From assembly GCF_009914755.1 (NCBI RefSeq), contig NC_060930.1: DNA of 64,000 bases. One strand, given 5' to 3'. Shown here piece after piece: positions 49,997 to 64,000 of this stretch (within the stretch, counting starts at the first letter, position 1; every line of letters starts with the position of its first letter). The translations under genes and the position numbers were made by a program. The stretch is from the human T2T-CHM13v2.0 reference genome, Homo sapiens. The notes under the pieces were generated by a model. The model did not search any database and had not been told where the DNA came from. It saw only the letters and a program-made list of their open reading frames with translations.

Positions 49997-51544
49997 GAAA
50001 GGAAAATTTCAAAATCGAGTACAATTAATAGGATAAGTCAATGTTGATCAAGAAATAATCAAGCATATAGGGAGTTTAGAGATTTAAGAAAATGAAAATA
50101 TTACAAAAAAACAAAGTATTCTTCAAATAGCTGACTCTTCCATGGCCCTTAGGTGAAAATAAGCACCCGTAAGTACCATTTTGTACCACCAATCTTCATT
50201 AGATACTGCAGAAATCTAACTGTTGAAGGTGCTGAGAAAGTATTGTTCCTGTATTACCTGCATTATTAAATTAAAAATCAACTTGTTAAAAATTGTTTTT
50301 TAAAAATATTTAGATTATATTTAAAATTCAATCTGTATTATATTACTACTTTCTCATTCTATTCATAATGATTTTGGCTTTGTCTTCATTTAGCCATTCA
50401 ACATTAATCTAAAATGTGTGTTAGCAGGAGCACCTCTAAGCCATACCTTTGCTTGAAAAGAAATCTTCTTCGAAACATAGATAGATGCCTATCATTTTCT
50501 CACATCACAGATTTGCTCCTGACTAATTTGTGTTTATTAGGACAGTGGAAATTGCATTGAATCAGTTTGGCTAAGCTACTGAAATTTCTCAGATAAACTG
50601 TTTGTTTTGCAAATTGTGTAAATGCAGATACCCTCAGAGGATTTCTGATACTTCCTGATTCTAGTCTCTTCCCAGAGCATTTGTAACTTCTGTAGGGTGT
50701 ATTGTTTTATGTTTTCATCAAAGCTTCACTGGAATCATAGGGCACAGTCAGGGTGATACTGATTCAATAATCCTTCTTTCCTTAGTACTTTATAAGAATC
50801 ACTCTCTATTATTGCATTTGGTTTCTTTGAACTTTCAACAATTTCTCTTGGGCTTTCTGGAATATATTAAGATGTATGAAACACTAAAATATGATGTCTG
50901 AAACCTAACAAATGAGAAAATCATACTGGCTTCCTACGATAAATGTACTCAAGATGAATATAAGAGTTTAGATATCCTAAAAGAAATTTAAACAGTAAAT
51001 CACTTTAATGTGAATTATTTTCTGAAATCTTTGTCATCGTGTAATCTTTGCTAATCATTCAGCAATTGCATGCCTGAACTATTAATTTTTTAACGTGTTA
51101 GACATTTAATGAGTCACATAAAATTTATTGAGTTTCTTTCTGTATCTTATCTAATTTATTCATCACAACTCTGTGGAGTCAGTACTATTAATATCACTAT
51201 TTTACAAAAGAGGAAATTGATGCTTAGTGAGGCTATTATGCCCCAAATTATGCTGGAACATGTAGAGCTAGATTTGAACTTAAAGAGTCTCATTTCAAAG
51301 CTCGGCCGTTTATTCATATGCTACTCAGAATATAGTTAGTGAAATCAATAAAATATAGTGGTTTACGTAATGGTGATTCTTAACTCTGAGCAGTTAGATT
51401 CCTAATACCAGTAAAGACAGATAATATGTGGCTTAGGATGAACATACAGTCATGGAGGAAGTGATTGGGACAAGGTGGGTGGTAGTAATATTGGATGAAT
51501 CTCAGAAGCTTTTGTATACCTTACATAGCTCATTAATATCTCTA

Positions 51545-52826
51545 TTTTTTATCATTTCCTTGTTTTTTAATTAAACTTTCAAATTAAATCATAGTAAACT
51601 ATGATTAACATTAAAGTTACTATTTTAAAGTTGTACAATAAAGTTTTTAGTATATTTACACCACCACCACCACTATCTAATTCCAAAACATTTTCATTAC
51701 TACTAAAGAAACCCTGGGCCCATTGAACAGTTCTCTCCATTCCCTGCTCCCCGTGACACCTGGTAACCTCCGTTTTACTTTATGTCTCTATGAATATACC
51801 TATTCTAGATACCCAATATATGTGGAATCATATAATATTTGTCCACTGATGTCTGGATCATTTTAATTAGCATGTTTTCAAGGTTCATTTATGTTGCAGC
51901 ATGTATCCCTCATGGCTTTTAATGGCCAATCTTTCATTGTGTGTGTCTGTGTGTCTGTGTGTGTACACACAGTACATTTTGTTTATCCATTCACCTTTTA
52001 TTGAACACTTGGGTTGTTTCCACCTTTTGGGCATTGTCAATAATGCTACTGTGAACACTGGTGTACAATTACTTGAATCCCTGTTTTCCATTCTGTGGGT
52101 ATATATCTTGGAGTGGAATAGATAGCTCATATGGAAATCCTATGTTCAGCTTTTTGAGGAACCACCAAACTTTTCCACAATGGCTGCATCATTTACTTTA
52201 CCACCAGCTATTTAGGAGGGCTCCGATTTCTCTATATCTTTGTTTACACTTATTGTTTTATATATTTGTTGTAGTTGTTATTGTATTATAGCCTTCCTAA
52301 TAAGTAGGAAGCTTTATCTCATTGTAGTTTTGATTTACATTTTCATTATGACTCATGATATTGAACATCTTATCATGTGCGTATTTGTGTATCTCTTTTG
52401 GAAAAATATTTGCTCAGATCCTTTGTCCATTTTTGAATTGGGTTGTTTTGCTGCTGTTGAGTTGTAAGAGTTTCTATATGTTCTGGATATTAATCGTTTG
52501 TCAAGGATGACTGTAGTCAATGAAGTTTACAATAACACATTATATGGTTTCAAAAAGCTAGAAGGAGAATATTGAATGTTCCCAACACAAAGAAATGATA
52601 CATGTTTGAGATAATGGATATGCTAATTACCCTGATCTGATCACTATACATTATATGTGTGGAATCATCACTATATACCCTATGAATATACAATATGTAC
52701 AATTAATTGTCAGTTAAAAAAATAAAATTTAAAAAGATTAAAAAATTTTGTACTTCAAAGAACACTACCAAAAGAGTAAAAAGAAAATACACAGAATGGG
52801 AGAAAATATTTGCAAAGTATATATCC
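51545..52826 (-). mobile_element. L1MB-like 3' fragment (minus, to about 52503) with a short inverted ORF2 piece (52735-52826)
   Basis: Antisense L1MB 3'UTR and ORF2 end (track 51885 minus: WKQPKCS); plus-strand piece ACAGAATGGGAGAAAATATTTGCAAAGTATATATC. Confidence 0.75.
52504..52735 (+). mobile_element. L1MA5-like 3' end
   Basis: AGCTAGAAGGAGAATATTGAATGTTCCCAACACAAAGAAATGATA...CCCTGATCTGATCACTATACATT plus A-rich tail. Confidence 0.8.
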
Positions 52827-52889
52827 ATTAATATATTTCACTGTTGACAATTAGGATGCCCTCAGAAACTTAAATGGAAATTGGAATAA

Positions 52890-53130
52890 CAAGTTTCAAA
52901 ATACAGGTTCTGAAGCCTGTTTGAACTCAAATCTTGACCTTTCACTTTTTACTTACATTTGACATGTTACTTAACCATTTTGTGCCTCAATTTCCTCACC
53001 TGTAAGATACAGATAATGATAGAACTTATATCATAGAATTACTTTCAGGAGTAAATAAAATTAATACACGCAAAATACTGAAAATGATGCCTCCTCCATT
53101 GCAGCTGGTCTGTAAATATAAGCTATCATT
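52890..53130 (+). mobile_element. MIR
   Basis: GTTACTTAACCATTTTGTGCCTCAATTTCCTCACCTGTAAGAT core. Confidence 0.75.
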
Positions 53131-56100
53131 AAATGTAGAATACATATTTCTGGGGCTCATAGAAGGTGACTCTTCTTTTGTTTATGTGTAACATATCCTC
53201 TTAAAGGAACAATAGTTGACATACATGGCTGCACATCACAACAAAATGTCCTCACCAATAATGTGTCTAGATTTCCATAAAAGACTGAATGTAACATTTA
53301 ACTTGAGCAAGGGATGTGGTTATATTTCCTCAGACAAACTCATCTTGGAGAGAGTTACTGTGGGCTTTATGGAGCTACTTAGTGTACCAGCTTTATTTCC
53401 TCAGAGAATTGTAAAATACAAAACAAAACAAAACAAACTCTCTAGCTTGTCGTCCACAGCTACAGCATAGTGAAAAAGGTTTATTAACTTGCTAGCACAA
53501 AGGTGACATGGTTGACAAAAATGTGAAAAGGTGACAGTTCAGGTTCTAACTTATATAAGGTATATGTGTGTGTGGTAATCTCAGGCAGCATTCTCATTTT
53601 TCTTGTTGACAAGAAAGATGTCCTTTTTTTTATCGCCACAAATAAAATGTCTGAACTAAAAGCCTCAAGATTAAGATATCTTCAGTAAAATGAACACATG
53701 CAAATTTAGGTGGTACATTTCTTTATCTGTGTATGGACTTATGTTCCCTGGAAGATGATTTGTTTCTATAGTGCTGACAGGGATGCTACTAGATTATTAA
53801 GGTCCAAGACAGGGTGATATAGATGCAAGTTTTGGGAAGAAAATGATAGATTTATTTTACAAACAATTAATATATCTGATTGTGTAAAGTAAAAGGCTGA
53901 GACTGTACAGCTGGGTGAAGGTTGGGCTATGAAGTCTTGTGAAGGGGTGTGACAGAATTCATTGATGAAAATCTCAGATCAGCAGGAAATAGTTTGAGTA
54001 TAGGCTAAGTCTAACCAGGATGAGGAACTTGAGATCATAAAATGGAAACTGGCATTAATACACTAGGATTAGTTTGGGGTGTCATGTAAAATAATTCGTA
54101 AGACAGATATTTAATGAATACTTTTTCAGCCTTACCCTTTCTAATAGAAACATTTAAGCTTTGTATTTATTTTTGAAGTCACCCTGCCCCACAAATTTTC
54201 ATATATAATATTTGTAGTTTCATTGATTTTTGTATTTTTTCAAGTTTTCATTATGATTAATTTGCTGACTACTGTTTTTTGGGAAAATGTTCTAAAATAT
54301 CCAAAAGTATGCCCTCTGTTAAGAACTTGTTGTCAAATTCTATTTGATATTTGCCATTGCTATATACGATATCAATGGTGAGGATTTTTCACTTTAATTC
54401 TTCTGTTGTCAAAAATCACGGTCTGTATGATACAGAACTTACCATATGTTCTAGTAGATTATAAGTTTTCATAAGCGTTCTGTATATGTTGAAGAGGAAT
54501 GCCAATTTTATAGGGTTCTGTATATATGTATGTCCATTATACCAAGCTACCTAATTATGTTGTCAAATCTTCTGAATTGTCACTAATTCTTTGTTTGCTT
54601 CAAATTTTGATTACTAGAAGAAGAATGTTAAATTCTCTCACTAAAATGGTAAATCAATTAAATCTTTATATTGTGTCAGTTTTTGCTTTATATATTTTGA
54701 GCCTATGTCATTTCTTCAGATAAGTTTAGAATGTTTTTACTTCTGGTGAACACATCTTTTACATTATTTATTGAGACTCTAGTATTCCTCCTGATGCCAC
54801 ACTATAACTATTTCTGCATTATTTTCTTTAGTGTTCATTGCTATATAATTTTTACTCTTTTACTTAAAAACTTGTGATTTTTAAGAGGAATTTATAAATA
54901 GCACAGGAAAGAATTTTCTGTTTTTAATTACAATCTGATCATCTTTGCTTATTGATGCCTGAGTCGATTTACTTTTATTATGATATCTGATACATTATTG
55001 AATTATTTTACAATATTCAGTTGGCATACTTCTTTGATCATTTTATTTCACTTTCTTCCTTTTTGGGGTTTTTATCGTTGCTAGTGCTGCTACTGTTGTC
55101 ACTTATTATAATTCCCTTAAACTAACTTTAGTTTGGAAGGTTTACTATTATAATTTAGACAAAATTAACTAAAAGCTTAAGTTCACACTCTTCCTAAGTA
55201 ATGAAAATATTAGAAAATTCTTGAATTCTAACTATACTCTCCACATATTGTATGTGTTAATCTTGAAGGGGCTTTTAATCTCTTTGAGTATCTCATAAAT
55301 TTAACATTGATATTATTTTATATACTAAATAACCATTTGTATTGACAAAATATATGAGAATATATTTTCTCACCATTTCTTCTTGCTACTCAGATCCTCC
55401 TTCTGGGATAATTGTCTTTGTTTTTAAATTATTTCCTTTAGAATTCCCATTAGCAAGATTCTGTTGTTGGCAAGATCCTTGTTTCCTTATCTGAAAATAT
55501 TTTTATTTTACTTTCACTCTTGAAAGATAATATGCTTGGCTTTAAAATTCTGATTTGCTTTTCTCTATCAATTTTGAAGATATTGTATTATTATCTCATA
55601 TCTTTGATTGTTGTTGTTGAGAACTCCTCTGCCATTTTAATTTGTGTTTCCTTGTAGGTAATCTGTTTTATATCTCACCTAAGATGTTTTATTTCACCTT
55701 TTTCTTTCTGAATTTTACTGAAATATTTTCTTTGAGCTGGGTTTATTTTTGACATAATTTGTTTTTCCTCATATATTATGATAATGACATTTTCTTCTTG
55801 AGGTTTGCTGTGCATTTTAATCTAAATATTCATTTTTTAATTTCTGGGAAACACTTTAAAATAGTCTGTATAGTCCCCATTATCTCTGTTCTATCTCTGT
55901 AGATATCTGATTAAATATATGTGTATTAGTTTATTTTCATGCTGCTGATAAAGACATACCTGAGACTGGGCAATTTACAAAAGAAAGAGGTTTAATGGAC
56001 TTACAGTTCCATGTGGCTGGGGAGGCCTCACAATCATGGTGGAAGGTGAAAGGCATGTTTCACGTGGCGGTAGACAAGAGAAGAGAGTTTGTGCAGGGAA

Positions 56101-58034
56101 ACTTGTCTTTTTAAAACCATCAGATTTCCTGAGACTTATTAACTATCATGAGAATATCACAGGAGACTCACCCCCATGATTCATTCACCTCCCACTGGGT
56201 TCCTCCTCCCAAAACACATGGGAATTCAAGATTTGGGTGATGATACTGCCAGGCCACATCATTACACCCCTGGCCCCTCCCAAATCTCCTGTCCTCCCAT
56301 TTCCAAACCAATCATCCCTTCCCACCAGTCCCCCAAAGTCTTAACTCATTTCAGCATTAACTCAAAAGTCCACAGTACAGAGTCTCATCTGAGACAAGGC
56401 AAGTCCCTTCCACCTACGAGCCTGTAAAATCAAAAGCAAGTAAGTTACTTCCTGGATACAATGGGGATATAGGCATTGGGTAAATACAGCCATTCTACAT
56501 GGGAGAAATTAGCCAAAACAAAGGGGCTACAGGCCTCATGCAAGTCTGAAATCCATCAGGGCAGTCAAATCTTAAAGCTCCAAAATGATCTCCTTTGACT
56601 CCATGTTTTGCATCCGGGTCATGCTAATGCAAGAGGTGGGTTCCCATGGTCTTGTGTAGCTCCACCCCTGTGATTCTGCAGGGTAAAGCCTCCCTCCCGG
56701 CTGCTTTCACAGGCTGGTGTTCAGTGTCTGTGGCTTTTCCAGGCACATGGTGCAAGCTGTCAGTGGATCTATCATTCTGGGGTCTGGAGGATGGTGGCCT
56801 TCTTCTCACAGCTCCACTAGGCAGTGCCACAGTAGGGACTCCGTGTGGGGGTTCTGACCCCACATTTCCCTTCTGTACCACCCTAGCAGATGTTCTCCAT
56901 GACAGCCATGCCCCTGCAGCAAGCTTCTACCTGGACATTCAGGTGTATACATACATCCTGTGAAAACTAGGCGGAGGTTCCCAAACCTCAATTCTTGACT
57001 TTTGTGCACCCACAGCCTCAACACCATGTGGAAGCTGCCAAGGCTTGGGGCTTCCACCCTCTGAAGCAACAGCCTGAGCTGTACTTTGACTCTTTTAGTC
57101 ATGGCTGGAGCGACTGGGATGCAGGACACCAAGTCCTTAGACTGTACACAGCAGAGGGACCCTGGGCCCAGTCCATGAAACCATTTTTTCTTTCTAAACT
57201 TCTGGGCCTGTAATGAAAGGGGCTACTGAAAAGGTCTCTGACATTTCCTGGAGACATTTTCCTCATTGTCTTGGTGATTAACATTCAGCTCCTTGTTACT
57301 TATGCAAATTTATGCAGCCAGCTTGAAGCTTGAATTTCTTCTCAGAAAATAGGATTTTCTTTGCTACGGCATTGTCAGGCTGCAAGTTTTCCAAACTTTT
57401 ATGCCGTGTTTCCTTTTTAAAACAGAATGCCTTTAACAGCACCCAAGTCACCTCTTGAATGCTTTTTTGCTTAGAAATTTATTCTGCCATATACCCTAAA
57501 TCATCTCCCTGAAGTTCAAAGTTCCACAAATCTTTAGGGCAGGGGCAATATGCCACCAGTCTCTTTGCTAAAACATAACAAGGATCACCTTTGCTCCAGT
57601 TCCCAACAAGTTCCTCATCTCTATCTGAGGCCACCTCAGCCTGGATTTTATTGTCCATATCATTATCAGCATTTTGGTCAAAGCCATTCAGCAAGTCTCT
57701 AGGGAGTTCTAAGCTTTACCACATTTTCCTGTCTTCTGAGCCCTCCAAACTGTTCCAGTCTCTGCCTGTTACCCAGTTCCAAAATCACTTCCACATTTTC
57801 AGGTATCTTTTCAGTAGCACCCTGCTCTACTGGTACCAATTTACTGTATTAGTCCATCTTCATGTTGCTGATGAAGACATACCTGAGACTGGGCAATTTA
57901 CAGAAGAAAGAGGTTTATTGGACTTACAGTTCCATGTGGCTGAGGAGGCCTCACAATCATGGTGGAAGGTGAAAGCATGTTTCCCATGGTGGCAAACAAG
58001 AGAAGAGAATTTGTGCAGGGAAACTCCCCCACCC

Positions 58035-58330
58035 TTTTTTTTTTTTTTTTTTTGAGATGGGGTCTTGCTCTGTTGCCCAGGCTGGAGTGTGCACTGCTGC
58101 AGTCTTGGCTCACTGCAACCTCTGCCTCCTGGGTTCAAGTGATTCTTCTGCCTCAGCCTCCCAAGTAGCTGGGGCTATAGGCACACGCCATCATGCCCGG
58201 CTAATTTTTGTATTTTTAGTAGAGACGAGGTTTCACCATATTGGCCAGGTTGGTCTTGAACTCCATGTGATCTGCCTGCCTCAGCCTCCCAAAGAGCTGG
58301 GATTTCAGGCTTGAGCCACTGTGCCTGGTC
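58035..58330 (-). mobile_element. AluS inside the THE1B 5'LTR
   Basis: Antisense Alu with poly(T); CCC-TTTT repeated at both flanks. Confidence 0.9.
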
Positions 58331-58353
58331 CCCCCTTTTAAAATCATCAGATT

Positions 58354-58660
58354 GGCCAGGCATGGGGGCTCAAGCCTGTAATCCTAGCACTTTGGGAGGC
58401 TGAGGTGGGTGGATCACGAGGTCAAGAGATTGAGACCATCCTGGCTAACACAGTGAAAACCCGTCTCTACTAAAAATACAAAAAATTAGCCGGGTGTGGT
58501 GGCAGGCGCCTGTAGTCACAGCTACTCAGGATGCTGAGGCAGGAGAATGGCGTGAACTTGCAGTTCACGGGAGGCGGAGCTTGCAGTGAGCTGAGATCGT
58601 GCCACTGCACTCTAGCCTGGGTGACAGAGAGAGACTCCGTCTCAAAAAAAAAAACAAAAA
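58354..58660 (+). mobile_element. AluY-like inside the THE1B 5'LTR
   Basis: GAGACCATCCTGGCTAACAC, GAATGGCGTGAAC and GGAGCTTGCAG; TSD AAAA(T/C)CATCAGAT at 58340 and 58661. Confidence 0.9.
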
Positions 58661-59417
58661 AAAAACCATCAGATCTCCTGAGACTTATTAACCACGAGAA
58701 CAGCACGGGAAAGACCCATCCTTATGATTCAATCACCTGGCACCAGGTCCCTCCCATGACATGGGAATTCAGAATGAGATTTGTGTGGGGACACTGCCAA
58801 ACCACATCAATATGTTATACCCTTTCATTCTATCCTGTAGAGCTTTTAACCTTTATCATGTTTCTCTCTGCTGCATTTTACATAATTTCTGTTGATCTAT
58901 CCTTGAATGCAACAATTCTCTGTTTTTATATATTAAATCTTCTGTTTAACATTACTTCTAATTATTTAGTAGTAATTTTAATTAAATACTTCCAATGTTT
59001 ATATTTCTACTCCTGGAATTCTGTTTCAGTCATTAACACGAGAATTAAATGTTGATCATAGCGTATGTGCGTGTGTGTGTATATACACAAATGAATTACC
59101 ACATAATAATAAAAGTGAGTGTATTACAGCTGTAATTGTGAATATCAGAAAGACTAATTTTGAGCAAAATAAGAATAACCAAATGAATAAAGTATAGTTC
59201 TGTGTATGTAGAATTTAGATATAAACAAAGCTAAATATTATATTAAGAAAACTGTGAGTAAATTAAGGGAATAATTATTCTATAAGTCAAGGTAGTGGTT
59301 ACAATGGTGAGGGGGAAAGATCTTGATTGTTAAGAATCATAAAAGGATCCTCTAAGGTTCTACAAAGGTTTTTTTTCTTAAAAACTAAGTGGGGTTTACG
59401 TGGATATGGGCCTGTAA

Positions 59418-59774
<357 letters not shown>

Positions 59775-60552
59775 TAACTTGAGATTTAATTAATTGCAAG
59801 AGCTATAAATTCAAATCCCTATCAGTGTAAAGGCAGGCCTGAGTTACACATTTTTAGAGCAGATTTTTTCTATTTTATTATATTTTTCCACCAAGAGTCC
59901 TTTCTAAGACAGATAAGTTTCCTGTGACATCTCCTTCCTGGAGGATGGATTTTCCTTAGTCCATTTTCACACTGAGCTTGAAGGCCTTTCAATGCTCCAA
60001 CTTTATTCAGGTGGTATTGAATAAACTGTCTGTTTGGACCACGATGTCTTATCTTTCTTCTCTGGCTTTGCTCCTAACATTCAAGATTCTAGATTATTGG
60101 AACAGTAAGTATCCCGAGACTGTGGTGGCTTCAGTGCAGCTTCCCAGCTTGGCATCCTAAAACCCTTTAATTTTTGATCAAAAATGTTGAGATTATTTAC
60201 CTTTTTCTATTTACTTAAAACGCATGTTTATTTTTATTTTATCTAGCATTTTTTTTTCAGGAAGACTGTTAATATGTAGTCACAAATAAACAAGAAATAG
60301 AAGATACAACCAACCATTGTTGGTTTGGAATCTGCCTGTTAAAAGCCATGAGCCAAGTATTAGTAAGCAACTACGTGATGACCACAGAATATGCCTTGAA
60401 GGCAGAATGTGGGTTAAATCTGTAGCAAATGGCGCAATCCTCAAGTCACTTAGATCAAACTAAATTTTAGAGTCCCTGACTCACCAGACCAGATTGCTGA
60501 ATAGAGCTTTACACTTAATATGTAAATATGTCACTATAAGAATAACATTTTT

Positions 60553-60844
60553 GGCCAGGTGCAGTGGCTTACACCTGTAATCTCAGCACTTTGGGAGGCT
60601 GAGGCAGGCAGGTCACTGGAGCTCTTGAGTTTAAGACCAGGCTGGCCAACATGATGAAACCCCATCTCTACTAAAAATAAAAAAATTAGCTGGGGGTGGT
60701 GGTGTGTGCCCATAGTCCCAGCTACTCGGGAGGCTGAGGTGGAAGGATGGCTAGAGCCTGGGAGATGGAGGTTGCAATGAGCTGAGATCATGCCTGGGCC
60801 GTAGAGCCAGACCTTGTCTCAAAAAAAAAAAAAAAAAAAAAAAA
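60553..60844 (+). mobile_element. AluJ (Jb-like) with a small internal deletion
   Basis: GAGGTGGAAGGATGGCTAGAGCC J-type motif; poly(A). Confidence 0.85.
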
Positions 60845-63112
60845 GATTCACTTTTTAAGGTATGGCATTAAAGACTATGTCATTATCTACAAAAGACTAT
60901 CATTAGATTTCCATGGGTTACCCTATAGGGGTTCAATTTTGTTTTCTAGGGAAAACAGTATACATAGCCTCATTATTTTTAAGTCTACTGTATGTAAATG
61001 TAATAAGATATGTATCACATATATGTCATATAGAGAAAGATGATTTTTGGTATTGATAACTTTGAACCAGCTCCTTTTTATGCTTTAGGATGCTGAGTTA
61101 TCTGGAGGAGATGAGATGCTTATTGGGGCAGAGCTAAAGAAGTAATGCAGCACTTGTACTTCAATGATGTAGTTGCTAGCTCGGGCACAAACGTGCTTAC
61201 TGAAGGGTGGGAGACTAGTGAATGAATTTTATTGAGCTGGGGATTGTCAGGAACAGAGAATATGCCATCATGGTGACTGTGAGGTGGTAGGATCTCCAAC
61301 ATCTGGCAAGTCTCAGCAGCACAGTTGTGCCTTCAATGACCAGCTAAACATCTGATTCACCCAGCATGTTTCTTAAAGTATATACTGTACTCTGGGATGT
61401 AAGCAGCTCTTGGACAGGGCAGGTCAATCTGTTTACTTATGACTCTCATGGAGATTTGGACACAGACTAGATAGCAAACCACCTTTGTGCCTACAGTGTC
61501 TTGTCAAGTGCCAAGGATCCCAGAACCTACTGCTCTCCATGATTCCAACATAATAGGTCCACAGCCCTGCATTTTGGAACCCTTGAAAAGATGAACAGGC
61601 CTCAGGAATCATGAGCACACCACTCACCAATAGCCCTGGGGTCTGCAATTAATTGCCACTACTTGGGCCTGCCGCAGTCTTGTATTTATGGGTCTGTTTC
61701 ACCCTGTGTTACAGTTTGCCTTGTTTATGGTCAGATGGGAACCTCTTTTTCTCCCTCTACATTTGCCAAACTTGTGGAGGGCAGAATCCAGACCTTGTTA
61801 AAAATTTAATCCTCTGTAAGAATTCAAAAACTACTTTCTGAACTGAATTAAATTTTAATTGTTGTCATTTTCCCAGTTATGCTCACCCAGTATCCTGATT
61901 GGTTGTTTATAATAACAATAAATCCTGTCAAGCACATAATATGTAGCTGTAGGCTCTTTTTGGAACTAACACCACTCACTATTTTCTGCTGCTTCTGCAA
62001 GCTTTGTGGAGTGGCACTGTATTTTTTTTAGTCTACATTGACAGCATACAATATAATGGTTCATTTAGGATGAGTTTTTATGGGGCCTGTCAAGATTTAG
62101 CTGTGTTTTGCATAGTAAACCTAATATTAAATGACAAAATGCATCATAGCAGATACTTCACAACCATTAAGGTGAAGGCAGCAAATGTGTAGAAGATTAC
62201 TGTGCATTGCAAATGGTGGAGCAGCTAAGATAATAAATAAAGTATAATTGAAATCCAGGGGGCTTTGAATATTAGTGGTGTAACAACTCTGATCTACAGT
62301 GTGTGTGAGAAATGCTGTAGGAAGATTGGCTGCAACTCATGTGTGTTGGTCTCTTTGCACAGCAGGTGATGTGCTGAACTTAATAACCCGCTGTTCAATT
62401 TTTTATTTAAAAAATAAGATGAGAGCTAAGTCACAATTGCTTTGGGCAAGTGTCTTATAAAAATGTTTGTGTTTAGAAGTGAGCTAATTTGATTAGAGAG
62501 CCATGAAATCTGTTCAACAGGGTAATGGAACGTCAACTAAATCTAAACTGGCAAAAACCCAGGACTTTGAAAATTAATGAATATTCAATATTGACATGCT
62601 CTGAAAATAGATATCTTAAATACAAGGAAGGAAAAAGGGCAGGAGAGAGACGAAGAGACTCTACAGCATTTGTGACATTTCCATTTCTGTCATAAAGTGT
62701 TGTGGGAAAACAATCACACAGGTAAGTCACCGTTAACAATTTATAACTCTGTGAGGTCAGGGAATATGTTTTATTTATTTTTGTAATTCCTGACCCTCAA
62801 AATCCATATCTCATGCTTTTCACCTAGCAACATTTCAAACACTTGCTACATTTTTGCCAGATAAGGAATAACATCATCTATCAGGATGTACTTCACGTTT
62901 ATTGGCTACAGAAGCCAGTTAGATACAGAACAGGGAATTAGGTTTTAATGGCAAATAAAGGAATGGCCCCTGCTTTTAAAAAAGTAAAATGAATGGGAAA
63001 GACATTACTTATATCTATAAAACCAATTGCTAAAAACATGAGAGTAAGTAGCCCGCTGGTGTTCACTTTGTTAGAGGTCAGACACTGACCTGGGTTATCA
63101 AAGTGTTATTAA

Positions 63113-63485
<373 letters not shown>

Positions 63486-63643
63486 TGCATTTATCTTATT
63501 AAAATAAAAAAGAATATTTTCCAACACCTCAAAAATATCTCCTCAAAAATAAATAAAAAATTTTTAAAAATATCACATATAAATATGTAACACTACTTAA
63601 TCAGTGTCACAACAAAACCTTTGTCTACTCCATTGCTCAGTAA

Positions 63644-63985
<342 letters not shown>

Positions 63986-64000
63986 CCAGCTCACTTTCAA

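Larger units (their letters stand above)
55922..58809 (-). mobile_element. Complete THE1B-like MaLR element: 3'LTR 55922-56261, internal 56262-57844, 5'LTR 57845-58809
   Basis: Two homologous LTRs (TGTATTAGT...CCACATCA), a THE1 internal region and an exact 5-bp TSD ATATG (55917-55921 / 58810-58814). Confidence 0.93.
54110..59030 (-). mobile_element. Very old L1ME-like fragment (54110-55921, resuming at 58815), split by THE1B
   Basis: T-rich antisense ORF2-start/ORF1-like sequence on both sides of the THE1 TSD. Confidence 0.55.

Noticed and set aside
56262-57844. ORFs in the THE1 internal region as retroviral genes
   Set aside because: MaLR internal regions are non-autonomous; the ORFs here are short, fragmented and lack pol or env motifs.

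Overview
Human genomic DNA: an AluYb8 and an AluYa4/5-type element are present, and these subfamilies are essentially human-specific. The window is AT-rich and mostly interspersed repeats: a full-length but dead L1PA6-like element, a 5'-inverted L1PA3-like element, older L1MA/MB/MC/MD/ME fragments, about 13 Alus, a complete THE1B MaLR element with both LTRs, solo LTRs (LTR9/MER61-group, a truncated CpG-rich LTR12, MSTA, MLT1), DNA-transposon fossils (MER20, Tigger3a, MER44) and a tailless 5S rRNA retropseudogene. I recognise no known protein-coding gene, and almost all ORFs in the track are L1, Alu or LTR derived. Points of interest are: (i) a phase-compatible set of + strand exon candidates (8953-9020, optionally 10631-10693, 23560-23658, 24256-24563) that would splice into a 137-158 aa ORF of unknown nature; (ii) several template-switch or templated-repair scars; (iii) a deletion that fused a half LTR12 to an old L1 next to a GC-rich splice donor; (iv) a head-to-head Alu pair only 23 bp apart inside a THE1B LTR. 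I see no evidence for a novel multi-gene system. Repeat subfamily calls come from my recall of consensus sequences and need RepeatMasker/Dfam confirmation. Boundaries of old repeats are approximate.
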